Of a DNA stretch of 48,719 nucleotides, positions 9,561 through 19,771 are shown in pieces. Origin of the DNA: Klebsiella phage PWKp14; sequence record MZ634345.1. One strand, given 5' to 3'. Each line of letters opens with the position of its first letter. Position 1 is the first letter of the stretch. The position numbers were made by a program, and so were the translations under genes. The notes under the pieces were generated by a model. That model was given only the letters and a program-made list of their open reading frames with translations, was not told the origin of the DNA and did not search any database.

Positions 9561-12527
9561 CTACCTCCTCGTTTTCTCATTGACGAACTTCGCAATGCGC
9601 CCGTTTTGGCTCAAAGCCTCGGTGAACATATCGTTCACGATCTGCCTTACGCCCTGCTCTAACCCCTTGCTATCCTGACCGGAACCCATCGTGATGTTAA
9701 TATCACCAATGGTAAACACCATAGCCGCCGACGCCGCGACGTTGCCGCCGTTGGTGATTCCAGATCCGGAACTTGCGTTACCCCCAACCAGGCCGCCACT
9801 TGCATAGCCTCGCATTAGTCGGTATAGGTTTTCCGGGCCTAACCTTTGCGTCGCCTCCTTCGTGAACACGAATTCCCCGCCGTGAACAACACCTTTTGGC
9901 TCATACTTCCCGCCGTCGCCAGTGTAACCGCCGCCAGAAAATCCCTTGCTGAACATGTTGGCGAAGCTGAACGTACCGCCACCACCAAACGCGGCAGAAA
10001 GCGAGTTAAACAGCGCCATCTTGATAAGCATGTTGGTAATGTCAGTGATCACGCTCTTTGCAAAGTCGCTAAAGCTGGCCTTACCAGTCATGACAAAATC
10101 AGTCAGTACGCTCGCCATTCCGCTAAATGCGTTTTTTGTGATATCCCCGATGTTGCTGTATACGTTGTTAACTTCGTCGCCAATGTCAGCCCACGCATGA
10201 GTGAACCCGGCCTTCCAGTTCAGCATTTGCGCATCTTGCTGTGCGTAGAATTTATTGCTTGCATCCTGCATGGCTTTAAACCCAGGGTCACTTAAAGATC
10301 CGCCGCTGTTTTTCCAGTCAGCCGCCATCTGCGCATTGGCCCGGTATCTCTCCTGCTCCTTGCTACCCATTCCGGCGGTATCCTGTAGCGCTTTGGTTTT
10401 CTCCGCCATCTGGTTTTGATACTTGGTAGACTTGTCAAGCAAGGCGTTCAGTCGCTGCTGCTGAACAATCTGATCTCCCACGATGGCCTTTTGTTCCGCC
10501 ATGTACAGGATATTCTTTTTGTTCGCCAGCATCTGCTGTTCGCTTTGGGTCAGTTTTCGCTTCTGGCTTGCCTCTTCCAAAACCTGGAATTTAGCAACCG
10601 TCTCGAAGTAGTCCTTTCGCTGCTGGCTGATCTTGTCGTCAAGCCCTTTGTGCTGCTGCAAAACCTTTAGCTGCGCCTGTAGCGATAGCAGTTCAGCCTG
10701 GTACTGCTCATCAATTTTAACGCCAGCGTCTACCTGCTGCTTCCTGGCGTTTCGGTTTTTCAGGATATCTTTTTCTTCCTGATTTACGCGATCCTTCGTT
10801 TTGCTGCTGTACCCACCGGAAAGGGTTTTATCCTTCGCGGCGTCAATGTACCCCATCTCTCCTTTAGCGATCCTTGCCTGCTGTTCAGCAATGGTTTTTG
10901 CAAGCTCGGCGGATTTGGCTTTCGAGTCCTTGATTAACTGCTCCTGCTGCGCCAGAAAATCATTCCCAAAGTCTCCCATGCCGGGGATTTTCTGTAGCTG
11001 TCGGCCAGCGTCAACAATAAACTGCGCGATCATGGCGTCGCCGTCGGCAATCAGCTTCCTGATCGTGTTGATGATTGCGGAAACCGTGTCAACGATAAGG
11101 TTTAGCGCCCCTACCGTGTGATCGCCTACCCACTTCCACGAGTCAGCCGCCCATTTTTTAATATCCGTCCACATCGTTTCGAGCGGCGTTGCGCTGTCCG
11201 CGATATCTTTAAGGCGCTTATCCATCGTCTCAGCAAACAGTTTTGTCGCCTCATCTGCTGCTGCCGTCTCGCCTTTGGTTTTACGCAAAGATTCGATGTA
11301 GGTTAGCTGGCCCTCTTTCAGAAAATTAAAACGCTCATTGAGATCGGCAAGCCCCTTAACAGGGTCTTTTACGATGGCATCAAAATACCCTGTGATCGTC
11401 TTCTCGCTTTCTCCAGTCTGCGCCGACCATTCCGCCGTAGTCTTCGTGATCTGCTTAATCTGGTTAATGGTGTACTTACCAGAACTGGCGAGCGATGTTG
11501 CGATTTCCTGAATGCTGCCAATCGTTGCCGATGAGTTTTTGTTAATCTCTTCGGTTAAGGCTGTGATCTGCCCGGTGGTGGTCGCAGCATAGCCACCAGT
11601 CAGCACCAGCGCATTCGCCAGTTCTCGTTGCGCACTCCAGGAGTCATAACCAGCTTTAGCGATTGCTGCCAGCGCGATACCCAACGACGCAGCGCCAACC
11701 GTTAGCGGGTTGATGTAGCCCAACAATACCTTAAACGTATTGCTCAAGCCGCCGAAGCTGTCCTTGATTTGCCCGCCCTGCTGCACCGCAACCAGCCAGA
11801 TTGGCATACCTGAAGCAAGCGACGTTACAATGTCAGTGATCTGCATCGGTAACTGGCGCATGGCCATTTTATATTGCCCGGCAGAAATGCCAGCTAGGCC
11901 CATAGCGTTTTGCTGTTTCTTTAACGCCTGCTCTTGCTGTTTCAGCGCGTTAATGAACGGGGCAGCTTCTGCCGATACGCCCAATTGCGCCGCCTTCATC
12001 TCCAGCAGTTCGGCGCGTGTTTTCCCGATGGAGTCAGCCTGCTGTTTCAGGCTGGCAACAAAATCACGCCCGGCGTTTGCCGCCTTCTGCTTTGCCTCCG
12101 CCTCTGCGATTGCTGCGCGACCTTCTTCGGTTAGCGCCGCCTGCTGCCGCCGTAGTTGGTTGGTAGTAGATTCGATGATAGCGCCCAGGCGGAAAAATTC
12201 CTTATCTGGAACAAGCCCCAAAGCCCACGCCTTATCAAGTTCTTCTGTAGCTTTGCGCAAGTTGGCCATTTTTGAGATCGTGGGATCGATGGCGCTTGCG
12301 ATCCTGCTAAAGCTGGTTTTTGATTTGTCTGTCTCTTGCTTCTGCCGCCGCAACGCGCGGTTCATTTCCTCGGTCTGCGCCGTTGCCCGCCTTTCAGCGT
12401 CCGCAAGTGACTGTAGGCCAGCGCCAGTTTGCTGGCTTTGGTTTTTCAGTTCTGCGAGTGATCGTACCGCTTTGTCAACCTGCGAAACGTCAACGCCAAA
12501 CGTCAACCCAGCTACTTTATCAGCCAT
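9561..12527 (-). CDS. Tail tape measure protein
   Basis: 988 aa, coiled coil N-terminus, hydrophobic centre (PLTVGAASLGIALAAI), follows the G/T-like pair. Confidence 0.93.
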   Translation of the reverse strand: MADKVAGLTFGVDVSQVDKAVRSLAELKNQSQQTGAGLQSLADAERRATAQTEEMNRALRRQKQETDKSKTSFSRIASAIDPTISKMANLRKATEELDKAWALGLVPDKEFFRLGAIIESTTNQLRRQQAALTEEGRAAIAEAEAKQKAANAGRDFVASLKQQADSIGKTRAELLEMKAAQLGVSAEAAPFINALKQQEQALKKQQNAMGLAGISAGQYKMAMRQLPMQITDIVTSLASGMPIWLVAVQQGGQIKDSFGGLSNTFKVLLGYINPLTVGAASLGIALAAIAKAGYDSWSAQRELANALVLTGGYAATTTGQITALTEEINKNSSATIGSIQEIATSLASSGKYTINQIKQITKTTAEWSAQTGESEKTITGYFDAIVKDPVKGLADLNERFNFLKEGQLTYIESLRKTKGETAAADEATKLFAETMDKRLKDIADSATPLETMWTDIKKWAADSWKWVGDHTVGALNLIVDTVSAIINTIRKLIADGDAMIAQFIVDAGRQLQKIPGMGDFGNDFLAQQEQLIKDSKAKSAELAKTIAEQQARIAKGEMGYIDAAKDKTLSGGYSSKTKDRVNQEEKDILKNRNARKQQVDAGVKIDEQYQAELLSLQAQLKVLQQHKGLDDKISQQRKDYFETVAKFQVLEEASQKRKLTQSEQQMLANKKNILYMAEQKAIVGDQIVQQQRLNALLDKSTKYQNQMAEKTKALQDTAGMGSKEQERYRANAQMAADWKNSGGSLSDPGFKAMQDASNKFYAQQDAQMLNWKAGFTHAWADIGDEVNNVYSNIGDITKNAFSGMASVLTDFVMTGKASFSDFAKSVITDITNMLIKMALFNSLSAAFGGGGTFSFANMFSKGFSGGGYTGDGGKYEPKGVVHGGEFVFTKEATQRLGPENLYRLMRGYASGGLVGGNASSGSGITNGGNVAASAAMVFTIGDINITMGSGQDSKGLEQGVRQIVNDMFTEALSQNGRIAKFVNEKTRR

Positions 12528-12543
12528 GTTTAGCCCCCATATG

Positions 12544-12563
12544 AAAAAAGCGCCCGTAGGCGC
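12544..12563 (-). terminator. Intergenic terminator upstream of the tape measure gene
   Basis: Minus strand GCGCC-TACG-GGCGC-TTTTTT. Confidence 0.75.
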
Positions 12564-12889
12564 TTATTTGGATTTCTTGTAAATCTCCTTCAGGTATTCA
12601 CCCTCCAGGATCTGCAAGTCAAGTAATGCCGCTTCTCGATTGTCGATTTTATACAATTCGAACAGCATAGGCAACGTGTTATAGTCAAGCCCCGTCGGGC
12701 CATTCATCCCGATTCGCCACTGCGTTTGCATGGCCTGGAATAGCTGCCAGCTTTGGGCGGTCTGTTCATCAAAATAGATCGTTTCAAGATCTGCTTCATA
12801 ATCCGATCGCCTTAACCCGTACTCGGCAAGCTGGCGATCGGTTAACTCAGGCTGAAGCGTGAGATAAACAGCCCGCCTTAAACTTTTGC
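12564..12889 (-). CDS. Tail assembly chaperone GT-like extension, expressed by -1 frameshift from the G-like frame
   Basis: ORF 12564..12959 overlaps the G-like ORF in the -1 frame with no sensible own start; read-through begins near the AAAAG run at 12883-12889. Confidence 0.75.
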
Positions 12890-13204
12890 ACGGTGGCCCG
12901 CAAGCGCGGCCATGTAAGTTTGTGGCAGTGCCATGACGAACGCCGGGAAGTGAGCGCAAAGCCAGGAAATGTTTTCATCGCTGAATTCGTCATCCAGATC
13001 CCAACCTTCAGCCATGAAGCGGATAAACTCGGCGTTACCCTTTGGCGCTTTATCTTCGCTCTCATAAAAGTCTTTCATCTCATCGGTGGAGCGGTGTTTT
13101 ACGGTCATGGTGATGGTTGCTTCTTTGCCGTCCGGGCAAGTGAAGGTTACGGGCAGTTTGAAAGAAGGGAGGTTGCCACCAATTTGAATTTTGAATTTAG
13201 CCAT
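12878..13204 (-). CDS. Tail assembly chaperone G-like
   Basis: Start MAKFKIQIGG at 13204 with AGGAGT SD (13212-13217). The upstream part of the called ORF to 13276 is not needed. Confidence 0.82.
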   Translation of the reverse strand: MAKFKIQIGGNLPSFKLPVTFTCPDGKEATITMTVKHRSTDEMKDFYESEDKAPKGNAEFIRFMAEGWDLDDEFSDENISWLCAHFPAFVMALPQTYMAALAGHRAKV

Positions 13205-13247
13205 TTTGTTAACTCCTGATTGGTTTGTGTTATTCGCTATTATGCAC

Positions 13248-13274
13248 AAAAAAAGGCGAGGCACAAGCCCCGCC
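13248..13274 (-). terminator. Terminator after the major tail protein gene
   Basis: Minus strand GGCGGGGC-TTGT-GCCTCGCC-TTTTTTT. Confidence 0.8.
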
Positions 13275-13280
13275 ATTTAA

Positions 13281-13937
13281 TTACACGGCAACCGGAAGGA
13301 AGACGTGAGCACCTTTAAGCGCAATGTTAAGCGTTACCGTTTCCATCTCGTTAACAGCCGTGGAAGGAATGTCATCGAAAGATGCAATTCCAGACCAGTA
13401 ACGAACCTCGGAAGCTCGCGGGATATACATGTACATCGCTTTCGCCTGCTTGCTGGTGTCTGCTGAACGCAACACAGGGTAGATCGCGTTATCGTACTCG
13501 TGCGCAAACGTGTAGTTAAGCGTCACCGCCGACTTGTAAGTAGGTTCGGATTGCTCGCGCTCATCGCCAAGACACTGATAGTTATAGAACTGCTGTTCGT
13601 TGCCGTCTTTGCCTAAATCCTGAATGCAAGGCAATTCGACCCAATCAGTGATCACGCTCACGTTACCAGTGGCCGCGCCGCCCGGATACTTGTTAGTGTC
13701 GGAGGTGTCGAACTCTTCCAGCGTTGCCACACCTGCTGTCACTGCTTTTACGCGAGCCACCTTGTTAACGAAGTCGCCCCAGGTGCAATCGGTGAAGATC
13801 ACAATATCCTTCACCTTCAGCTTGCCGTCCGCCACTGTGATTTTTGGGTTTTTCGCGTCTTTGGTCATTGCGGTAAACGGAATCTCCGCACCGCGAGCCT
13901 TCTCAAAGAAGACCTTTGCACCGTTTGGTAAATGCAT
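13281..13937 (-). CDS. Major tail (tube) protein
   Basis: 218 aa, immediately upstream of tail chaperones; AGGAGT SD. Confidence 0.82.
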   Translation of the reverse strand: MHLPNGAKVFFEKARGAEIPFTAMTKDAKNPKITVADGKLKVKDIVIFTDCTWGDFVNKVARVKAVTAGVATLEEFDTSDTNKYPGGAATGNVSVITDWVELPCIQDLGKDGNEQQFYNYQCLGDEREQSEPTYKSAVTLNYTFAHEYDNAIYPVLRSADTSKQAKAMYMYIPRASEVRYWSGIASFDDIPSTAVNEMETVTLNIALKGAHVFLPVAV

Positions 13938-13975
13938 GTTGAATACTCCTGTTTTGATGAAAGTTTAACAACGCC

Positions 13976-14004
13976 ATTATGCCTATATATTTCCAGGCTG
14001 GCAA
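13976..14004 (-). promoter_or_regulatory. Sigma70-like promoter for the major tail protein
   Basis: Minus strand TTGCCA-N17-CATAAT. Confidence 0.6.
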
Positions 14005-14030
14005 GAAATTATAAGCACCTCTAAGACCCG

Positions 14031-14462
14031 TCATGTTGATGGATAACCGCTCTCCTCCGCGCTTTCGCATCTTACTGTGAAGCGAACGGGGAGGAGCCAG
14101 CCTGTTTCGTGTTTCTGAACGCGGTACACTTCCGCCCACTCGCTCACATATAACTTACTTTCAGAATCAACAATCTTGCCTTCGGGGAAGGATTTTGCAA
14201 CGCGTTGGGCGATAATCCTCGCATGGTCGGTTCCGATCCCCGGCTTAAAGATAACGTCAATCTGAACCATCGCCAGATAGACTCGGCATTTCCTTGACAG
14301 GTCAACCGATCTTGAATCCGCCTCGACGTAGGAGGCTTTAAGGTAGGTTTCCCCGCCTCTCGGTGGGATAAAGTCAACGTTATCCCCCGCCAACCTCAAC
14401 CCGTTCTCGGCGGCAAATTTAGCCACTGCCGCCTTGCATTTTAACGCCATATCATAATGCAT
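14031..14462 (-). CDS. Tail terminator / tail completion protein, putative
   Basis: 143 aa from MHYDMALKCKAAV; neck gene position. Confidence 0.65.
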   Translation of the reverse strand: MHYDMALKCKAAVAKFAAENGLRLAGDNVDFIPPRGGETYLKASYVEADSRSVDLSRKCRVYLAMVQIDVIFKPGIGTDHARIIAQRVAKSFPEGKIVDSESKLYVSEWAEVYRVQKHETGWLLPVRFTVRCESAEESGYPST

Positions 14463-14881
14463 TTTTCGCCCTCGCTCGCTTGATTGCCTCAGTAACATAA
14501 ACGCCCAACCGGATCGCAACAACGCCCATAACGCCATTGGGAGCCTGCTTTGAATGGCCGTATTCCAGCGCGTTCGCATAGATTAGCATGTTACTGAACC
14601 AGATCGAAGTGATCCCAGCCCCTTTTGCGTATAGTGCAATGTTGGCTTTGCCGTTCTGGATCGTCTTTTCGCCAGTTTGGTCATATGCGTTAATCGCGTA
14701 AAGCGCTGCACGGTTAAAGGTGATTTGCCAGTTACCACGGAAGCGCCCTGTATCCACCGGGGAACGCATTACAAGGTCGCGGTGAATATCTTCACACGTA
14801 AACCTTACAACGTCTTCCAGCGCATCGCCAGCGGCCTTGCACCACGCATCAATCGCGCCTGTGAACTCCCTGATGGTGTAG

Positions 14882-14889
<8 letters not shown>
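14452..14889 (-). CDS. HK97 gp10-like neck protein
   Basis: 145 aa; RSPVDTGRFRGNWQITFN motif typical of this family. Confidence 0.8.
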
Positions 14890-16139
<1,250 letters not shown>

Positions 16140-16204
16140 TGTTAATGCTCCATTGGTTTACTTTAGGTTTCAAATTAAAGCACATTGTAGAATGCAATGC
16201 AATA

Positions 16205-16228
16205 AAAAAGCGCCAGAAGGCGCTTTTT
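16205..16228. terminator. Terminator after the major capsid gene
   Basis: AAAAAGCGCC-AGAA-GGCGCTTTTT, 10-bp stem. Confidence 0.85.
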
Positions 16229-16230
16229 GA

Positions 16231-17190
16231 TTAAATCCCGGTGAGAATCGCAATAGTCAGCGGGCGGTACACGATGAGACCAGTGCATTTGGAGGTGCAC
16301 GGAACTTTGAAATGCAGGTCTTTCGGCTGCATCGGCAGCATGTTGAACCGCTCAGGGATCTCGATGCTCATGTTCATTGGGTCTTTTTCGTATGCCAGCA
16401 CGCCTTTGGTGCCTGCGCCGTCAATATCTTCCAGCTCCGCCATCGCCGTAATGGTGATGTTCGGGTGGTTCTTGGTGAACCAGGTCAGATAAGAGTCGCC
16501 GCTAGTGTCCGGCATCTTCTTGGTCAGAAGACGGCGTTTGGACGGCGGAATCACGATGTTCGTTGCATGATGGCGGCCCAGCGTGGTTTCTTCGATCAGG
16601 TTTAGCAGGTCTTCCAGATCTTCGAATGCCTTTTCAGCCGCTGCTGCGTCATCGCCCCAAGCCGCGCTGGCGGTCATGCGGTTAATGTTCGGATGGTCGA
16701 AAACGCTCACGATGCCGTGAGGAGCGGAGCCTTTGAACACCAGATCATTAACGAGCGTCTCATGACCTTCGCGGGCCAGAGTTGCCTTGCGATCGCTCAG
16801 GCTGGAACCCAGCGCCGCGCCAGTTTTAATTTCGTCGATGGAAATAAACCACGCGTTACCAAGGCGGAAAACTTTCCCTGACTTCTCTTTCGCCATCGCT
16901 TCAACGGTCGGCAGGTCGTCGGTGTAATCGGCGATAATTTTCGCAGAAGTTACGCCATCGAATTCGAGCCACTCAAAGCGGCGGGCGGTCGGCGAGATCT
17001 CGGTAGTTACCGGGAAAAGCTCAAGTGCGCTGGTCTGCGGGTATGCCTGCTCATACTGGCGATTCAGTAATTGAGTCATCTGCTTAACAGTCCAGATACC
17101 GTAAGCATCCAGTTTTGCGGCATCGACGCCCATGCCCTGCATTGCGACCTTAATTGCACTCTGTTCGAATGCGTCTAATTTCATAGTCAT
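16231..17190 (-). CDS. Major capsid protein (DUF2184-like)
   Basis: 319 aa from MTMKLDAFEQ (start 17190, AGGAGT SD). The called TTG start at 17277 lies in a terminator/promoter region. Confidence 0.83.
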   Translation of the reverse strand: MTMKLDAFEQSAIKVAMQGMGVDAAKLDAYGIWTVKQMTQLLNRQYEQAYPQTSALELFPVTTEISPTARRFEWLEFDGVTSAKIIADYTDDLPTVEAMAKEKSGKVFRLGNAWFISIDEIKTGAALGSSLSDRKATLAREGHETLVNDLVFKGSAPHGIVSVFDHPNINRMTASAAWGDDAAAAEKAFEDLEDLLNLIEETTLGRHHATNIVIPPSKRRLLTKKMPDTSGDSYLTWFTKNHPNITITAMAELEDIDGAGTKGVLAYEKDPMNMSIEIPERFNMLPMQPKDLHFKVPCTSKCTGLIVYRPLTIAILTGI

Positions 17191-17230
17191 CTGAAAAACT
17201 CCTGTTTGTGTATTTGGCTTAACGAGATGA

Positions 17231-17258
17231 AGAATATCACGAATCGTTAAGCCGTCAA
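17231..17258 (-). promoter_or_regulatory. Putative promoter for the major capsid gene
   Basis: Minus strand TTGACG-N16-TATTCT with an extended -10 TGA, overlapping the 17216/17244 inverted repeat. Confidence 0.6.
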
Positions 17259-17274
17259 AGGTTTTTTTCTGGTG

Positions 17275-17295
17275 CAAAAATGGGGCCGAAGCCCC
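17275..17295 (-). terminator. Terminator upstream of the capsid gene
   Basis: Minus strand GGGGC-TTCG-GCCCC-A-TTTTT. Confidence 0.82.
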
Positions 17296-17300
17296 TTATT

Positions 17301-17819
17301 TTATACGCCAGCGCCGCCAGTTGCAGCCGCTGGAGCAACGGCGCCCTGAAGCACCTGCACTTTCACCAGAACGGTGCCATCTGCGTTCTTGGTGTATTCG
17401 CCAGTGTGTTTGTAGCCAGTTTTGATAACCCCGGCATCACCCTTCGCTACTGCGCCGTTTGCGGTAAAGGTGACGAAAGAACCGAACGCGCAATCCGCTT
17501 CAGTAACAGTTGCGTCCGCGATCGCCCAAATGCGTCCATGAGTCATAACGTTAACCGCGCTCTCATCGTCATACTTGCCTTCAGGCGAGTAGGCTTGCGA
17601 GAATTGCGAGATGCCTACAATGACGTCGCTCGCTGCGGTTGCTGGTTTAACGACCTTGTGGCCATTGGAAACTGCGCCAGTGGAAGCCACCAGTACGCCA
17701 GCTTTGATATCGCCTTCAGCAACACAAGTGCCGTCGATATTGTAAAGTGACGTATCAGCGATCTGCCCCGCTACGGCAATATCACGCTTGCGGGAATAAG
17801 AAGCTGGAATCTGTGCCAT
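17301..17819 (-). CDS. Structural / capsid decoration protein, putative
   Basis: 172 aa, Gly/Ala/Val-rich, directly upstream of the capsid gene. Confidence 0.7.
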   Translation of the reverse strand: MAQIPASYSRKRDIAVAGQIADTSLYNIDGTCVAEGDIKAGVLVASTGAVSNGHKVVKPATAASDVIVGISQFSQAYSPEGKYDDESAVNVMTHGRIWAIADATVTEADCAFGSFVTFTANGAVAKGDAGVIKTGYKHTGEYTKNADGTVLVKVQVLQGAVAPAAATGGAGV

Positions 17820-17848
17820 TTTGAATCTCCTGTTTATTTGGTCTGGTA

Positions 17849-17864
17849 GCGGCCCGAAGGCCGC
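17849..17864. terminator. Hairpin GCGGCC-N4-GGCCGC (UUCG loop on minus strand)
   Basis: Perfect 6-bp GC stem after the DUF2213-like gene; no T-tract. Confidence 0.4.
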
Positions 17865-17870
17865 AAATTA

Positions 17871-18365
17871 TTAGCGGCGGAATTTTGCCTGCGGATCGAT
17901 GATTTCGGTGCCGTCAAGTTTCGGTAAGCCGTCTTTGTCTTTTTGCTCGCCATCTTCTTTTTTGCCGAAGACTTTGGAGCGGTTGCCAGCCATCTTATCA
18001 GAGTTGGCGATAAAGTCAAAAGAAGCGTCGATGTACGAATCTTCTTTGTCAGACAGATCACGACCGTCTACCTCTTTGATGTAAGCAACCTTCATCGCCT
18101 TAACATCCAGGCCGTCGCACTTGACGCCAGCGGCAGAAACCACCGCGATAACTTTCTGTTTTGCGTCTTCGTCGGCTTTGATTTTAGCAACGCGGGCGGC
18201 AACTTCATCTTCAATGCCATCAACTTTGGCCTGAAGCGCGTCACGCTCTGCGGTGATGCTAGTTACCTGACTGGTTGCCGATGCAACTTGCGCGTCTAGT
18301 TTGGCAATGTAAGCGCCTACGTTATCGGCCACTTCAACATCTACGCCGTCAATTTTAATGATCAT
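17871..18365 (-). CDS. Nested scaffold protein (Nu3-like) from an internal start, putative
   Basis: In-frame ATG at 18365 (MIIKIDGVDVEV...) preceded by AAAGGAG (18374-18380) at 8-nt spacing. Confidence 0.6.
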   Translation of the reverse strand: MIIKIDGVDVEVADNVGAYIAKLDAQVASATSQVTSITAERDALQAKVDGIEDEVAARVAKIKADEDAKQKVIAVVSAAGVKCDGLDVKAMKVAYIKEVDGRDLSDKEDSYIDASFDFIANSDKMAGNRSKVFGKKEDGEQKDKDGLPKLDGTEIIDPQAKFRR

Positions 18366-19004
18366 TGTTTTAGCTCCTTTGTGGTTTGAGTCGTCATCAT
18401 AGGGGAATTCTTGTTCGCTATCAAGATTTAATTTCGCAATCCCGGCACGACCACGGAAAACAAGCGCGACGTGATTCACGCGAATCTTCGTTTGCACTGC
18501 ATCAAAGCGAACCCAATCAGAGACGGAATCATTTTTCATCTCTTCGAAGTTTTCCGGTAGATCTTCGTCGAAATAATATTCGCCAGTTGCGTTGTTGCCC
18601 CAACCTTTGCGATCGATATCGACCGAAGTGTAGCCCACGGATAACTCAGCCGCTACGCGCTTTTTGGCTTGCTCGATTGACTCGCCATCGTAAATCATCA
18701 CCGGAACAAGAACGCCGATCCCCTCTTCTTTGCCAGCGCCGGAACACGAGCCAACGACCAGGCCTTTTGCGTTCTGCGCGTTTACCATCTTGTGACCCAA
18801 AGTGATCGGCTTGCCCTGGTATGAAGCCAGCGATTCTGCGTCAAACACCTCAGAACGCGGGCGGAACTCGACGCGCGGCCCGGTTGGCGTCTGGTACGTC
18901 TGCGCACCGATACGCGCCACGATCGGAGTATCAACCAGAAAGCCGTTCTCATCGAATCGGGCCTTCATCTTTACCGTGTCGAACCTTTGAACTCTTTTCA
19001 TCAT
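17871..19004 (-). CDS. DUF2213-like prohead protease/scaffold fusion
   Basis: 377 aa; N-terminal protease-like part (LGHKMVNAQNAKGLVVG), C-terminal coiled coil. Confidence 0.75.
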   Translation of the reverse strand: MMKRVQRFDTVKMKARFDENGFLVDTPIVARIGAQTYQTPTGPRVEFRPRSEVFDAESLASYQGKPITLGHKMVNAQNAKGLVVGSCSGAGKEEGIGVLVPVMIYDGESIEQAKKRVAAELSVGYTSVDIDRKGWGNNATGEYYFDEDLPENFEEMKNDSVSDWVRFDAVQTKIRVNHVALVFRGRAGIAKLNLDSEQEFPYDDDSNHKGAKTMIIKIDGVDVEVADNVGAYIAKLDAQVASATSQVTSITAERDALQAKVDGIEDEVAARVAKIKADEDAKQKVIAVVSAAGVKCDGLDVKAMKVAYIKEVDGRDLSDKEDSYIDASFDFIANSDKMAGNRSKVFGKKEDGEQKDKDGLPKLDGTEIIDPQAKFRR

Positions 19005-19771
19005 GATACCTCTACATTGTTAAAATCTGGAACCGCCCAACAACGGCAACCGTACTCTTCACCGGGGAAGATGCCGTCACCATTAACGGGGCGTCGCTTA
19101 CCTTCTAGCTTGATATGGCTCTCGCGCTCGCGGTCGTCCATCATCCCGAACCAAAAGTAATGCGATACTTTAGCATCTTTCAGGCGCTGCATCATCAACA
19201 TACTGTTAAAAGTTCCGATGATTCCGCTTGCCCGGTTGCGCGACCAGCTACCATATATAGCGTATCGACCTTCGATAATTTCATCGATCTGCTTGCGAGA
19301 CTTGCCGATGTTGTTGGCGGTTCTAACTTTCGTCGTCCAGTCAGCAACGATATCGCTTGCTAACTTCCTGATCGACGCTTCGGCGGAATCCTGCCACTTT
19401 TTCAGTGCTTCCTGATACCAGTCTTCATACCCACCAGCGCCGAATTCTTTAAGGCGCATAACTGATTCGTTGTTCCGCCCGCCAGCCGCGATCGCAATTG
19501 CAAGCCACTGTTTCGAATTGAATCTATAGATAGTCAACCCAATGGAGGAAAGCGCCGCAATTACGGCGGAAAAGAACACGATGGCCGATTCGCTGATATC
19601 GTCTTCCGCCTGGCTGATTTCCTCCGCCGTGGCGTCAAATTTCAGACGATCTAAGCGATCCCGCATTTCTACCACGAGTTCTGTCACCGCGTCCTGCATG
19701 GAGCGGGATAAATCCCGCTCGCTTGCTTCAGGATAACGCCAGTTTGGGATTCTGCCGTTAACTTTCATCAT
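19001..19771 (-). CDS. MuF-like head morphogenesis protein
   Basis: 256 aa; C-terminal GRYAIYGSWSRNRASGIIGTFNSML and DRERESHIKLEG...PGEEYGCRCWA. Confidence 0.88.
   Translation of the reverse strand: MMKVNGRIPNWRYPEASERDLSRSMQDAVTELVVEMRDRLDRLKFDATAEEISQAEDDISESAIVFFSAVIAALSSIGLTIYRFNSKQWLAIAIAAGGRNNESVMRLKEFGAGGYEDWYQEALKKWQDSAEASIRKLASDIVADWTTKVRTANNIGKSRKQIDEIIEGRYAIYGSWSRNRASGIIGTFNSMLMMQRLKDAKVSHYFWFGMMDDRERESHIKLEGKRRPVNGDGIFPGEEYGCRCWAVPDFNNVEVS

Noticed and set aside
13205-13276. N-terminal extension of the G-like chaperone
   Set aside because: It overlaps the terminator after the major tail gene; ATG 13204 has a proper SD.
17191-17277. N-terminal extension of the capsid ORF from TTG 17277
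   Set aside because: The segment contains a promoter and inverted repeat and begins in a terminator T-tract; ATG 17190 with AGGAGT is better.
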